A stretch of DNA of 64,000 nucleotides, from positions 648,884 to 712,883 of the forward strand of contig NMRA01000163.1 of assembly GCA_002633005.1 (NCBI GenBank). The letters are read 5' to 3'. The stretch comes from Phoronis australis. Its lineage: Eukaryota > Animalia > Phoronida. Position numbers and translations under genes: made by a program. Numbering within the stretch: position 1 is the first letter of the stretch; each line of letters begins with the position of its first letter. Below, one piece after another: positions 11,601 to 24,341 of this stretch. The notes under the pieces are model-generated. The model made no database searches. It saw only the letters and a program-made list of their open reading frames with translations, and was not told where the DNA came from.

Positions 11601-14600
11601 TTTTTTGAGTGCTCGTTTTAGTTGCTGCATGAAGCGAATTGAAATAGATCACTGGAATAATAGAAATTTAATTGACTTCTTCTCTAATGAGTGACGAAAT
11701 TGACTTGAAGTGCTTTTCGTCCAGAAGCGCACCTTCATAATTTGCATGCATTATTTTTTTCGTAGATTTTTGCTTTCAAAGTACCTCGATGTCTTCGACG
11801 ATGAGTGTTTAGACAAACGGGTATGTCAGTTTTTGAAGTTCTACCTTTTGTTTGTAACTAAATGGGAAGAATACGGTGCTAATTAGGGGTTACAAAATGT
11901 GCTAAAACTCTTGATTTAAGAAAGAAACAAAACAATTATTGAATCTGTCACGGAGTAGCGAAAGTGCATTCTCATTAGAGAATGTTTCTCACAATTGTTT
12001 TCTCGTGAGCGGTATTTGTTTTCATCTAAACTGTAATTCAGTTCTTTTCAACACATTTCCTTTCTCTCGTATCGGAAATATCGAATTTTCGAACATAATT
12101 GAACAGTACGGTATACACCATGTAGCTGTCCAATCACTTCAGAGGCGGCAATTTTCACTATAGTACTTACTGGGATTTTCCGTAGATAAGCCCATGGGCG
12201 TGTATTCGGAAAATGAAAATTTCCAGACGTTTTAGTTATACCAAATAAACGCCCCGTGGTTTATTCGAAAAAGAGAGACGTGTAAACGCAAAGTCATAGT
12301 TTTTCTGACTGTCATATTTTTAGTTAAAACTGTGTTTTTAGATTTTATGTTAATAAATGCATAGTTCGCCAAAACCTTGTTTGTTTTTATGAATGATAAA
12401 TGCTCCACAAAAATAAATTGTGGCAAAAAGTTTACGCTGAGTGGGCTTTTAAGTGGAAATTTTCTGAGTAAACGCCCCACTGGACACTTGACACCAGAAG
12501 TTGTAACACCAAATAAACTCCCATGGGCATTCATTCGGTATAATTTTCTGAATAAACGCCTATAGAATGCAATCAGTCATAGGCGTAGGAAGCGAGGGAC
12601 CCCCCCCGCTTTCACATTTTGCAGACTGTCAATTTTATGTTGAGCTTGAGCTGATGTTGAAATTTTTTAATGCATTTAGTCCAATGAAGCAACAGGGGGT
12701 GTGAAATAATGTCTGCAAAGACGGCCTTACAACCATCAATTCAACCACCTTTGTAGTACTGTCCCCTATCAGCATCTAAGCACTGCTCGGTGTGCCTTTC
12801 CAAACTCAGTGAAAAACACGCGCAGCTCTACTGAATACTCCGTCGATCGCGAAAAAAAACGCTGATTTATGTTGAGCAGTCTTTTGGCAGCATGTTCCCA
12901 ACAAATTTGTGCAGGTCTGTAAAAAGTTTCGGAACCCTTACTCAAGTAAAAAATATACTAGCAAAAGTTTGGCTCTTGTTTTGGGAGAATCGCCCTCTAT
13001 CTACTTGTAGTAACGTCTGTGTTCGATAGGCGTTTGTTGCATGCCACATCTGAGTTTTGTTCAGGCATTAAATCAAACCGTCCGTGAAACTGGGTTAGTT
13101 CAACACCTCTGACGCATCTGCATGCACTGAGTTAATGTATACCGCCAGTTAAAACTGAGTTTTTGTGTCTGCACTGAAAGTATTTTCCTTTGAGTTATCA
13201 AGCCTTACAGCTACATGTGTAGTGTATTTTGTCACTGAGAGTGGATACTAATCGTGCCCATCGAATAGAGGTCCGAGCTCTTAAAGCGTTTGGTGAAATT
13301 GAGATTTTTAAACTGGTGGTGTTTTTTCAGATTCCACCAAATGTTCCAATTGAGGGCATAGCGAAGTCTCTCGTGGAAGCGTGGCATTTGTTCGGAGATG
13401 AAAGGTACATGTGTTCTTTCTATGTGATTTGCATTTGGATGTACGTTGATTGACTTACTGGTTTATTTCAGAGTTGTTCCCTAAAGCGGCTATAAATAGA
13501 TCTTCTTGGTGCTTGAAATGGAATGATTTCCATACATGTCTACGCGTCTGCTGGCAGTGCCGCTTTGGATGATTTTTATCCCGCAATCCTTAAGAATGGT
13601 CAGTGTATATATGCATTCTTCAATTCCCGTGCGTTTACGTGATGACTCCCATCGCATTCGTTTCTGTAATGTATTTCATTCATCACACTGTATAAGAAAA
13701 AAGGTGATCGCAGTAACTGAAATAATTACCATAGGATATCCTTCCTCGTTATTGTGGGAAAAGATTTTGCCAGTGTGGTACTAACCAGGCTACAGTCGTT
13801 GGCAGAATGTGTGTAGCCTGAGGCCCAGTGCGGATTCAGACTGGGACGATCAACAAACGGCATATATTCTGTGACTGAGACATGACAACTACAAGAAAAA
13901 TGACGCGAGCAGAAGCAACCCTTTTGCATTGCTTTCATAGATTTTACGAAAGCTTTCGACCTTGTCTGTATGAAAGGTCTCTTAGTTCCTTACCGCACAG
14001 GGTTGGATGTCCTCTCACGCTTTTGGGGATGATCCTGTTTTTTCATGGTGACGTCATGCAGAGTCTTGTCCAGTTCAAGGGTTCATTCCGGATCCATTTT
14101 CCATCAAAAGTGGTATGAAGTAGGTATGCGTTCTTGCTCCTACACTCTTCGGCACATTCTTTTCGTTACTCTTATCATATGCTTGTGGCCGGTCAAATGA
14201 TGGCGTCTACCCCCATACTCGAAGTGACGGAAGCTTTTTCAACCTTGTCCACCTACTCATCAGGGAGATGGTCTCGGTTGATGATGTTGCCATTACGGCT
14301 TATGGCGAGCAAGCACTCCAACGTCTCTTTGGCTGCCGGCTTTGCTCAACCATGCGAGACGTTTGGCCTAACCAACAGCCACAAGAGCACCAACGTCACG
14401 ATTAAGGATGTTGCCAGTGTTCCCACAATCATCATTGGTGACTATACCTTCATAGTGCTAGACAAGTTCATTTATCTTGGTTCTACTTTCTCCAGCAATC
14501 TTTCATTGGACGCTGAACTCAGCACTAGGATCGGCAAAGCGACCACAGCAATGTCTTGTCTAACAAAAAAGGTTTGGGAAAATCGCATATGCTTACAATC

Positions 14601-17600
14601 AACACTAAGATGAAGGTCTGCAAGGCTTGTGTCCTCAACACCATACAGCAGCGATTCATGGCCCCTATACACCCGCCAAGAGCGCAGACTCTTTTCATTT
14701 GCGCTGACTGAGAAGGATATTCGGCATCAAATGGCAGTGTTTTGACTCCAACAATAAAGTTCAACTCAGACGGGACTGCCTAGTATGTACGCAAATGCTT
14801 ACCTAGGGGTGAGTTCGTTCGCTTGACCTCGTCAGGTGCATGGGCGATGGGAGAATGCCAAAAGACATACATGTACATGTACTTGTTTGCCACTGGAACC
14901 GGATCTACGGGAAGGTTCATGCTTCGTAAGACACGTGCGAGCGTGATCTTAATACGGGAAACATCAACGTCGCAGAATGGGAAGCTGTGACCTCTGATCG
15001 CAGAAGGTGGAGGTCTACTGTCAAGTCGTGTATTAAAACCAGTGAGCAAATAAAAGAAGAAAAACAAACACTACTTAAAGTGCACAGGCGTCAGGGGGCA
15101 GGGTGAATAAGTTTTGATATATCCTGAAGTGAATTGCAGTGTGTGTTTTTGAGATACAATCCTGTTCATACTCCATTATGAACGGGAAATTTGGAACGTG
15201 ATCTATTACGTCACGCGAACATGCAGTGTCAGCCACTGATTACTCTTTTATTTTTCAGTGCAGTGATTTTATTTCTTGTTGAAGTAGAAAGTCTGAATAT
15301 TTTTGATCAACGCCAACTTGAAGTCCATGTTTATCGTCTAAATCCTCGCATCAAAATCATACGGCGACATTTTCGACAAGTATACGACAACGCAACCCTG
15401 AAGAGCAATAAAGACTTAGTTGTGTAAGTACATATTGGTGAGTGAAACCCGCTTGTTTTGTCATCCAAGTTTCCCCAAAAGCCCACTGTATGACTTTGTA
15501 TCGACTTCTTATACCAGGTTTGGAAATATGTAGAGTTGTCAAACAGTTTACTTTTACGACTGTCTAAGACACCATAAACGGCTTTTAGGTTGAAAAGTTT
15601 TGTCAAAACGCCATGTCTATCCACTCCAATTAGTCGTATAGGCAATTATTTGCGTGCAAAGAGTGCTCCACGGCCCTGCTTCAGATATGTAATGGTCCGT
15701 TTTTGAAAACCGTACATGGGCCTCTCGAAAGTTGTCTGGCTAGGCAATTTTTATAAACCTTAAGGCAAAATTTGCATATGTATTTCATCCAAGCTACTTT
15801 ATCAGCTTGTGATAAATGGCCCACGTGATTACTTAGGCTACGTTCCACAGAGAGAAAATCGCACTCTTCTTTTGTAAGACATTGCAATATGTCTTGAAGT
15901 CTTGTGTTTTTGCGAATTCCTCGCATCCTTGCTCTGAATGAAATCATTTCATGGGTAGTGCGCCACTAATTGAAGTTCGAATTGCCGAACAACTACGTCC
16001 TATACTATTAAGTGTTATCGAATTCGAGTGGGACATGGAACACACACTTTAACAGAAAGTTTAGACAGACGTTTTGGATATATGTCGCTCAAAACTTTCA
16101 TGTACAAAAAGAGTCAATTTTCTCCTGTAGTTTGTGTCACATTCACGTGCTTGGTTTAATTTTGTTAAATTTGAGTCACTTACTAGACTGTCAAAAGTAA
16201 AAGTGAAGACTAAAATTCACCTAAAAGTTCCAGAGTCTTCATTTGTGACGGACAAATTTGAGATCTGAGGCCTTTCCAAGAAAACTGATTTAGCTAAGAC
16301 AAATCTTAAATTTCAGTCAATATTAAAACAAAACTTAAATTTGTCCCAAATCCGTTTCAAGAAAGAGATCTTAAGTTTAGTCTAAATTTTGACTTACTTA
16401 CCGGATGTGGACGTTTCAAAGTTTGTAAGTACAGACAAATTTTAGACCTAAGTCAATAATGAACTTAAGTCAGTTTCTTGAAACGGGCCCCACGTGACGA
16501 TATTAAAACAATACTCAGGCACTCTTTTTAGCGCAATAAAATGTCGACACAAAAGCTTTAAGTTTCGAGGGTAACTACGGTAAGTCAGTGGAACTCATTG
16601 TAGTTGCATGAATGTGTGTGTGTGCGTGCGTGCGTGCGTGCGTGCGTGTGTGCCTCGAAATTTTCAGCCCGACAATCATTTGCGTGGTTCGATTATAATC
16701 AGCAGTTTTCTAAAAGACGTTGCATCGCCTCACTTTAACCCGGCGCAAATGTAGATGTCTGATATAAATTCCAAACAGTTCGTCTGCACGAAACGTTCGA
16801 TTTTTCTTGATTTCGAAAGTGATTCTTTAAACATGAACTTAACAACGTGCTCTGAATCCATTGTGGCGAACGGGATAACATGGCCTCCAACACGGTGCAC
16901 TGGTTTGTTTTTTATTGAACTCACTTAATACTGCCTCTGACTAAGATTCAACCACCTGCTCATTTCATTTGTTTGTACAGGCACAATATTTTACTAGAAT
17001 AATACCCAGAACGTGTAGGCAATGTCTAATGCTGCTGTATGCCAAACTTTGCATCTGACTATTCAAATTCTAGATGCCTTGGAAATGACTTTCTCCACGT
17101 CTTCGATTTTACGTTGGAGAAGTTCATTTGAGGATTATGTTTCAGAGTGGTTTGATGATTTTCAGAGAAGGCAAGAATGTTGCTGTTACCTACTTCAGAT
17201 CCGGATATTCGCCTAAGTGTTTACCAACGGAAAAGGTGAGCTGTGCTTCCTGTGCACAGTATTTCAAGACTTGTTTGCTCTGATGCATAACAAACATTGT
17301 GTGATCTTTCACGCCTACATGTATCACTTGCAGTGCAAACTAGCATGCTGGACCCGGTTCTTGATTGATGTTGTCACACGGCATTATCTAGTTGCATTTT
17401 TGTTTTAATTGGACCTCATGGCTCGGAACTGCTTCAGTGTCGATGCTTAATTAGAGGAACCCAAGTCCATTTCCAGAATACGCCTTGACGCTAGATGGCG
17501 ACAACGTAATTGGTTATGCGCCCTGTATATTTCCAGTGTTGTTCTTAAATTCTTTGAAACCATCATGCCATCAAAATTCCACTGTTGTATGTTGCGACAT

Positions 17601-20600
17601 TTGAACAATTCACACAAATATGCCAATGTCTCAGTAAGTTCAGGAATTGAAGAAAAAGCGTTTCGTTCCTGCATGTATCAACCGTGATGATCGATCGACC
17701 CGTCTTGTCACACCAGAATTAGAAATTCGGCCAAACGACGCATTGACGTCGCCAAACTATTGCAGTTATCTGTCGGATGTTTGGCATGCCTGGTACTGCA
17801 TGTAGATCTAGGTCTACTTGTTAATGGAAGATGTTACACCACATGATACATGATGTAGGCCTACAGTACAACCAAGATTAGTGTAGAATGTTCAGAGCGT
17901 ACCTTCTTACGATATGCAGGACTTTCTTGTCAAGAATAAAGTGAATATGTTAGCCCCTGAGCAAACTTTCAGTGTGGGGCGGGGGGCAATTAAAAGCCAC
18001 CTTAAACTATGTTCTGGCTTTTGAATCTAATCAGAAGAGGCAGCGTGGCCTAGTGTACTGATAGGTGTCCAGTTTCTTTACTCGATGTCGTGGGTTCGAG
18101 TCCCATTGGGTCACACTGCTAAACCCTTGAGTCAGGTTTCTGGATCCTCAGCTCGGTTTTAACTATTTTTTTATAATTAATAAAGCATAAATGTGGTTCC
18201 AGGTCATGCGCGCACCCAGCCTTTAATATGGGGGCTCGAATTAACGATGATGTGGACCGTTTACCGACAAAAAACCGAAGGACTAAAAAACGGGGTACCA
18301 CGTCATTTACATGAAAATAGTCTCGCAAAACGAGACTTTCGGGAGATTGTAATGGTAACTGGTTCTCGGATGGTTTCCGGCACACCGGAATACCTGGGGT
18401 TGTTTGTAAACTCGTACTTCATTTGTACATGTATATTCACAGTTTAATTAGACATAACATCTTTAAGTGATCAAAGGCACATTGGAAGTACACGTATGGA
18501 TTGATTCCTTCTTGATCGGTGTACACGATTCGTTGCATCAATACAAGTTAAACCATGAGTTTGTCTGTGACAGGAATGGGCAGCGAGACTGCTGATTGAA
18601 AGGTCCAGCTGCATCAAGTGTCCGTCCATCAATGTGCACTTGGCCGGAGCTAAGAAAGTGCAGCAGGAACTGTGTAAAAGCGGTGTTGTTGAGCGCTACC
18701 TGAAGGACGCTGATGCAGCAGCTAGGATCAGAGCCACGTTCATGGGACAGTTTTCACTCGAAATGGCGAGTAAAGTTTATAATTTTAAGGTCATGCATTG
18801 GATCATAGAAAAAATTCAAATTTGGCTATCTTCGGGACATAATCTCAGAAATGGCAAACGGCTATTCATGTGAAACTTTCAAATGTTGTGCTTTATGCAC
18901 TGTTCTTCAAAAACTTTATTGGTAATTGTTTGAAAATAACCCACTTTAGCAATGCAAGAAGAGTTATCAAATTGGATTCGGGTGATTTATGACAAAAGAA
19001 TAAAAGTTGCTTAAAATGGAAGCGAAATGATCATTTAGAAAAAATGAAACGGTGTTTTGGGATTTTATCCTGGACCTTTATATGATAACATGGGTCATAC
19101 AATTGATGCCATTTTTTGCTATGAGTGTACAGAGGAGGCAGTGTGGCCTGGTTGATAAGTGCCCGCTTTCTTTACTCGAGGTCGTGGGTTCGAGTCCCAC
19201 TAGGTCACACTGCTAAACCCTTGAGCCAGGTTTCTAGCTCCTCAGCTCGTTTTTAACCATATATTAATAAAGCATAAAAATATTTCCAGGTGATCAGTGC
19301 AATGGGCCCACATGCGAGGCCTGCGCACGTCTGGTACAACGTGTATCAGACCGCCTGCAATTATTTTTATATGAATGTACATTTCTTATTTACTAATATG
19401 TTATCCAAAAGACCAATAGATCGGGTGGGAAGTCAAACATTAAATTTACAATCTTCTGTTTTACTTTCGTTTACATTTGGTTGGCTGCACGGACATCTGA
19501 GTGTCTATCAAGTCCTAACAGTTTTCTGCAGAAAGGCCCATTTTAGATACACTCAGATTTGTTCGGCAGATACGGCCAGGGAGTTTAGTTTGAGAAAACA
19601 TATTACTGGATCCTAAAAATTCCCCACTGGAAATAGACACCAAAACGACAACTAACGATTTTTTTCAACAATTAACTCCTACACTGTACCTTTGTGAACA
19701 ACCATACATCGATGTGTTGTGTATCGAATCTCTTCATCTTGCCCGGCGGTTACAGTATTGAAACCCCGAGAGTTTGTTGGTCACCTCGAAGTTTTCGACT
19801 TGGAATTGACTTTTGGTCCTAAACCGATAATTTCCACATAAACTTTCTAGGCTTCTCTGCAGAAAACTTCCGTACATAACTGTAATCTTTCTTTACCACA
19901 GTATCAACTATGGCAAAAACAGCTTAAGGCTACGTACATGTACCACTTTTTTAACGTGACAGAATTTCTATGTTACGTGTTTCAGGATTTGTCATTTTCG
20001 TAATAAAATGTGTTATTTCATGGCGAACTGCTTAGTGCTGACGTGGCAGGTATTTCTCCAGAATACTGTCGGAGACCAAACCGTTTCTATGGCATTAGCG
20101 ACACCTGAAAACTATGTGCTGAAACCCCAACGTGAAGGAGGTGGATACAACCTGTACGGTAAAGGCATGGTTCCCCTGTTGACAGACATCCAACATTCAG
20201 TGGAAAGAAGTGCTTACATACTAATGGAGTTGATTAGACCTCTTGTGGTTAAGAATGTTCTTGTCAAGTCGGGACTGCCAGCAACACTCGGTGACGTAGT
20301 TGGAGAGCTTGGCGTTTTCGGCGTTTTACTAGCGTAAGTGTCGAAGCTGGACTGGGTTTCGTAAACGCAAGACGTAAGAAAAGCTTTAGTTACAGTGCAT
20401 GGCGATATCTGGCGACGCCCAGGACTTAAGTGATCTTGCTCCTCCACGAGTTTCTTGCGTCGACGCAGTCCTGTTTTGTTTTCTCTAGCATAAGTGTCAG
20501 CTTAATAGTAAAAGCAGTTGGCTTTATTATTGTTTAAATCAGACAAACAAGAATGGCATTTTAAAGGGTCATGATCGGTTTTACTGTGGTACATGGGATA

Positions 20601-21083
20601 AGAGGGATTGTTGGTTAGGATAGACATCTCGGAGCTATTAAACTTCGACCAATTATAAAACGACGAAATCCATTGTTTTTTTGAGATATTATCACAAATC
20701 CTTATTGCTCCCAATTGTCTGCCAGCCATTCGCTGAAATCAATGCTGATGACTTTACAAGCTATTGAAAACTCATCGAGTAGTTCTTTGCTCCTCCAACA
20801 AAGTGTTGGACTGCCACCGTTGCGTTTATTAGTTCCATTCCGCGTAGGGGCTGATCACAGAAAAATCAGTTATCCACTAGTAGCCTACTGTCTCTTTAAA
20901 ACCGATGGCCCTCGTGTAACCCTTTTGTAAGTTCTTGAAACTTTGTTTTCTTTTAGGTCTGAAGAAAAAATAATAGAGAACCGTTTTGTTGGACATTTTG
21001 TGCGAACAAAGTTTTCCGGTGTTACGGAAGGGGGCGTTTCTGTTGGTGCCGCATGCATTGATTCGCCTTTACTAGTCGATTGA
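5692..21083 (+). CDS. GSS: Glutathione synthetase (eukaryotic ATP-grasp type), 11 coding exons, ~481 aa
   Basis: join(5692..5779,9043..9229,9887..9962,10505..10644,11766..11820,13331..13404,15259..15423,17166..17235,18574..18765,20062..20333,20957..21083) = 1446 nt, open frame with compatible phases. Family motifs: APLTIFPS, GVFRSDYM, KQVEFNTIA, NIFDQR, YFRSGY, KCPSINVHLAGAKKVQQEL, VLKPQREGGG, YILME, ELGVFG, RTK..EGGV..G..CIDSP. All introns are GT-AG except the one after 18765 (GC-AG). Confidence 0.95.
5822..6590. repeat. Minisatellite, ~40-bp unit (gtagagcctaatgcataatctatctaactacgtagagagcac), about 13 copies, in a GSS intron
   Basis: Tandem repetition is directly visible; the array is interrupted by a MITE at 6005-6252. 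Confidence 0.9.
6005..6252. mobile_element. PIF/Harbinger-like MITE with 3-bp TSD (CAC)
   Basis: TIR gggcccgttccaacaaaactgactt / aagtcagtttcttggaacaggccc. Removing it restores gagagcacgtctagagcc, seen intact at 6421. A second copy lies at 16267-16490. Confidence 0.8.
7171..8435. repeat. Minisatellite, ~80-bp unit, about 15 copies, with an internal hairpin and two alternating linker types
   Basis: Conserved core caccaggtggagcagctattggttgttagttggcaaccaactaac recurs near 7181, 7265, 7434, 7502, 7594, 7675, 7751, 7827, 7917, 7994, 8078, 8155, 8241, 8318 and 8397. Confidence 0.9.
7270..7357. mobile_element. 88-bp fold-back MITE (Harbinger-like, CWG flanks)
   Basis: Perfect TIR ctgggcccggttgcataaaa / ttttatgcaaccgggcccag plus an internal inverted repeat. 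Deleting it restores the satellite unit. Confidence 0.8.
8445..8910 (-). mobile_element. Decayed DNA transposon end with a THAP-domain remnant (Kolobok-like)
   Basis: The minus frame from 8675 reads IKRCVCVGCNNSNLTENVSVFKFPKDVKVEQEGHRFVRRT (THAP C-x4-C and FxFPxD motifs; start Met and conserved Trp lost). Candidate terminus CT|TTAA at 8910; no partner end found. Confidence 0.55.
10220..10369. mobile_element. Harbinger-like MITE related to 7270-7357, CAG TSD
   Basis: cag|ggctgagttgcataaa ... tttatgcaactgggcc|cag. A further degenerate copy lies near 22065-22170. Confidence 0.7.
12168..12563. mobile_element. Tc1/pogo-like MITE fragment
   Basis: Begins tactgggattttccgtagataagcccatgggc. It is the reverse-complement homologue of 44539-45776 but lacks the HINE insert. 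Confidence 0.65.
13682..15065 (+). mobile_element. Decayed, 5'-truncated RTE-clade (BovB-like) LINE reverse transcriptase relic
   Basis: Frameshifted peptides YKKKGDRSN*NNYHRISFLVIVGK, PEAQCGFRLGRST, QLQEK*REQKQPFCIAFIDFTKAFDLV, VLAPTLFG, DKFIYLGSTFSSNLSLDAELSTRIGKA and WEAVTSDRRRWR. Many stops. Confidence 0.9.
16267..16490. mobile_element. Second copy of the Harbinger-like MITE at 6005-6252
   Basis: Colinear sequence (aaaactga.ttagctaa.acaaatcttaaattt ... aagtcagtttcttg.aac.ggccc). Confidence 0.8.
16613..16652. repeat. (TG)n/(TGCG)n compound microsatellite
   Basis: Directly visible. Confidence 0.9.
18037..18204 (+). mobile_element. tRNA-derived SINE, 3'-truncated copy
   Basis: A-box-like tggcctagtg and B-box ggttcgagtccc; body shared with the copies at 19132 and 52997. 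Confidence 0.75.
19132..19368 (+). mobile_element. tRNA-derived SINE (~235 bp)
   Basis: gaggaggcagtgtggcctggtt...gtgggttcgagtcccactaggtcacactgctaaacccttgag...; three copies in the window. Confidence 0.8.
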
Positions 21084-21905
21084 TATAGGTTGTGTTACTT
21101 AGTGATGAATAGCTTGACATTCCTGTTAGTGTGCTATTGGCTGTATGCACTGAGTGTTTGCGTATCACTGTTAATTAACTAGGCGTGCGGGCTAAAGCCT
21201 CTTTTATATTCAGCACTTTTACAACCCCACGTAAGTATAAAATCATTCGGCTGTAAATACAATCACCTAAACGGAGCTTAAGTTAACTTCACTCCGTTCG
21301 TCTAGTCGTTTTTAGTCTTTATATTGGTTATAGTGGGATTTTATTGGATAACCTACATGTACCAATTGTTATATTTAGACTTTGGTATTTTATTAAGAAA
21401 CCTACCAGTTGTTATATCTAGACTATATGTATTCGTGTTTGCATATTTTTATGCGTGCCACCAAAATGCGTAGATCACGCGTAGGCCTACATTTAATTCT
21501 AACAATCGATTTTAATCTGCATTTAAATCTTAAGCGTAAACTGTAGAAATCAAGTTTATTTCAAAATGTTCTATGGCATGTTGAATATTTGTAAATATTT
21601 GCATATATTGCGGCATCACGTAACATTTAGCACTCAGAAAACTTGATTCAACCAGACGATTACACCCGGCAATTTATTACGTTCAGCCTCCCCGTGACCG
21701 GCGTTCCATGCTCATTGTCCACAAATTTCATAGAGGTGTTTTTGACTGCATGTCTGTGATAAGGTTTGTTTGAGTTGCACTTGTTTCGTTGTGCTTTGAG
21801 AATTCTCCTGTGCCAAAACTCGTGCAGTGTTTATCTTGCCTTACTAGTCGGTAACCCGGCCCTTAACAGCTGAGTATTGACTATTTATTATTTTACCTGC
21901 TGTTG

Positions 21906-21911
21906 AATAAA
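21906..21911 (+). terminator. Candidate polyadenylation signal of GSS
   Basis: AATAAA about 820 nt after the stop codon, followed by a T/GT-rich tract (ctttttttgttatgtg). Confidence 0.35.
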
Positions 21912-22247
21912 TTCTAACGACTAGACTTTTTTGTTATGTGATGACAGTAATTAGCACTCCGAATTCAATTGCTTCCGTGATAGAGACATTTGGCTTATGA
22001 TGCAGTGGCGCGATATGATTATGACCACCGAGGCTAGACTGCGTAGACTTCAAACTATGATCAGACGAGTTGCTGCATGACGTCACGTGCATTGTTCAAA
22101 AAGAGAGACATGATGCGTGATAGCGCGAAAACGTTATTGCTATTCAGTGAAAGTTTATGCCACCTGGCTCAGGGCCCGTGGTCATAATCTAGTTGTACTC
22201 GAAAGAGATCTTCAAATTATTTTCTATTCTACTTTTGTGTGAACTCG

Positions 22248-22409
22248 CAGTGGTGGATGTAAGGAGGGGGGGGGGGCAAGGGAGCCTTGCCCCCCACTAA
22301 AATTTTCCCATATTCTATTTGGCAGTTCGGGGGTGCGAATGCTTGACGGACAAGATGCTGGCTAATACTTTGCCTTGCCCCCCAACTCAAAATCCTGGAT
22401 CCGCCCCTG
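22248..22409. mobile_element. MITE with 5-bp TSD (ACTCG), CAGTGG/CCCCTG termini
   Basis: actcg|cagtggtggatgtaagg ... cctggatccgcccctg|actcg. Confidence 0.8.
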
Positions 22410-22788
22410 ACTCGAGTGACAATTGTTGTGTGCTTGAGTACACTGTGGTCTGGTGACTTCTAGGTTCGAGCTACATGTACATTCGAGTAAAACTCGAGAT
22501 TTCGATCCCTAACTTCGGACTCCACAAAAAGGAAACTAGGACTAGACAGAATCGTGAGCGTGATTTGCGGCATTTTTCAGGCAGTGAAACTTGTGCTAAT
22601 GCAAAAATTGGGGTTTTCGCTATCGATGGAGAGATGATGCCGGATTGGAGAATTGAACGCGACAGGTAAAAGAACAAAATTGTGTGCTCCATGAAACTGC
22701 CACTGCAGTGATCGGCATGTGATGTTTATCTGGCTAAAGAACGGGAGTCGGGGCCTTTTAATTAGTCTCCTAAAACTGGTGTCATATT

Positions 22789-22928
22789 CATGGACGGTGC
22801 AGCACTGAAAAAAGTGGGGGCTATAGCCCCCAGCCCCCCTGTGGTGCACTGCCCATAGACCATGGGCGGCGCACCCTCTGTAAGAAGTGGGGGTTATAAC
22901 CCCCGCCCCCTTTGGTGCGCCGCCCATT
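22789..22928. mobile_element. Two adjacent ~68-bp mini-MITEs (CATGGGCGGCGCA-type TIR)
   Basis: 22789-22857 and 22861-22928 each have inverted ends and a central ggggg.tata.ccccc palindrome. Confidence 0.6.
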
Positions 22929-24078
22929 ACAATGCTACGGAGTCTATTTCCGTTAACAACAAGAACATCGAAGCAGTGCGGGGATAATAGAAAACGCATT
23001 TGAGTTCATAAGGGGCATTGGCCGGGCAGGACTGAACTTGCAATTTCGAAAATGGTGCATGTACTGTACGCCATACCGGCTGAGTTGGTAACCCTAAAAC
23101 GGAGAGAAGTATTATGAGACCGACTGATGAGAGTAAAATGAATTCCATTAGCGATTTAAACAGTTAAACAGGGCGGAAGGTGGCTTTAATACTGTCATCT
23201 GATGTGTAATCATAACAGTGATATGTTTAAGTATCTAATTTAAAGGCGTGAACTGCAGCATCCTCCTCCTATATAAATCAGCGCTCTCTTCCACACGCAT
23301 CTCCTAGATAGGACACTACTGTGCAATAGCACTGAGGTCTCTCACCTGAGGATCAAATAATCGTGACTAAAATTGAACTCTGAATATCCGTGGAGAAATT
23401 TGGTAGATAGGCCTACTGAAGCATGGCAAAGAATTGTCATCAGAGATCATCTGACCACAGTTTTTGAACCTGGCGAAAATCGTAGTCCGTGCCCTTCAGT
23501 TCTCAACAGGAACACGCCTGTCAACTTTCACGTCAGCTGTTGAATGGTCCTTCGAACGGTTCAGAAGCGAATGACAAACACTCGTGGAAATTTTTGCAGA
23601 CTGGAAAGAAGGCGAATTTTAAACACATTCAAATTGACTGACTAAAGGCTAGCTTGAACTTCACCAGTTTTGAGTCTTAATACATACATGTATAGACAGT
23701 CAAAGATAAAAGGTCTGTACCCAGCGGCTCAAGAATTGATGAGTTACACGGACAGGACTGATGATATAACCCGGCTTTGAAACCGATATTTTGAACCAAA
23801 ACGAACACATCGAGAAATAGTAATGGATCGGCAGCCCAGAGCACTTAGCACAGATGAAATGAGGTACCAATATATGACCACCGGAGCACTTAGAGAGCAT
23901 CCCCCGCCCAATAATGGTTGTCTGTCGGTGTCTGCACTCTGCAGGGGTGTTGCCCCTGGGGGCCTCAATATTGACAAGGGGCCAAAAATGAGCTCAGTAG
24001 ATTAGTTACTTGAAGTAGGCCTATCCGGTACCGGCCAAAACACATACTGATTGACCCGTGACAGACACTTGCACTCTG

Positions 24079-24341
24079 CATGCGCGCACCCAGCTCAATA
24101 AATGGGGGGCTCGATTTTCTGAGAATGTGCACCTTTAGAAAAAACGGGTTACGTTCAAAATTAGGTGCATTCACCGATCGATTCCTCCCTTTAGTGGACT
24201 TTTGTTTCGTGTTCTACTTTTTCGGACTTTTTGTGTCTCAGGGGCGGACCTTTTTGCCCACTTCGGCAAATCATGGGGCCGGGGGGGGGGGGCCGGGCTC
24301 GTTCGAGCCCCGGCCCTGACCCCCCGGGTGCCGCGCCCATG
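24079..24341. mobile_element. GC-rich MITE (CATGCGCGCACCC terminus)
   Basis: Imperfect inverted termini with flanks ctctg/ctctt. The same terminus occurs near 18205. Confidence 0.55.

Noticed and set aside
14134-14613. 159-aa ORF as a host gene
   Set aside because: It is part of the frameshifted RTE LINE relic.
19132-19215. tRNA gene (also near 18037, 53160, 57745 and 38990)
   Set aside because: A/B boxes are present but there is no convincing cloverleaf, and three of these copies share a long non-tRNA tail, which indicates SINE heads.
23270-23410. TATA box (TATATAAA) with a weak downstream donor
   Set aside because: No associated ORF or further exons; such motifs are common in AT-rich DNA.
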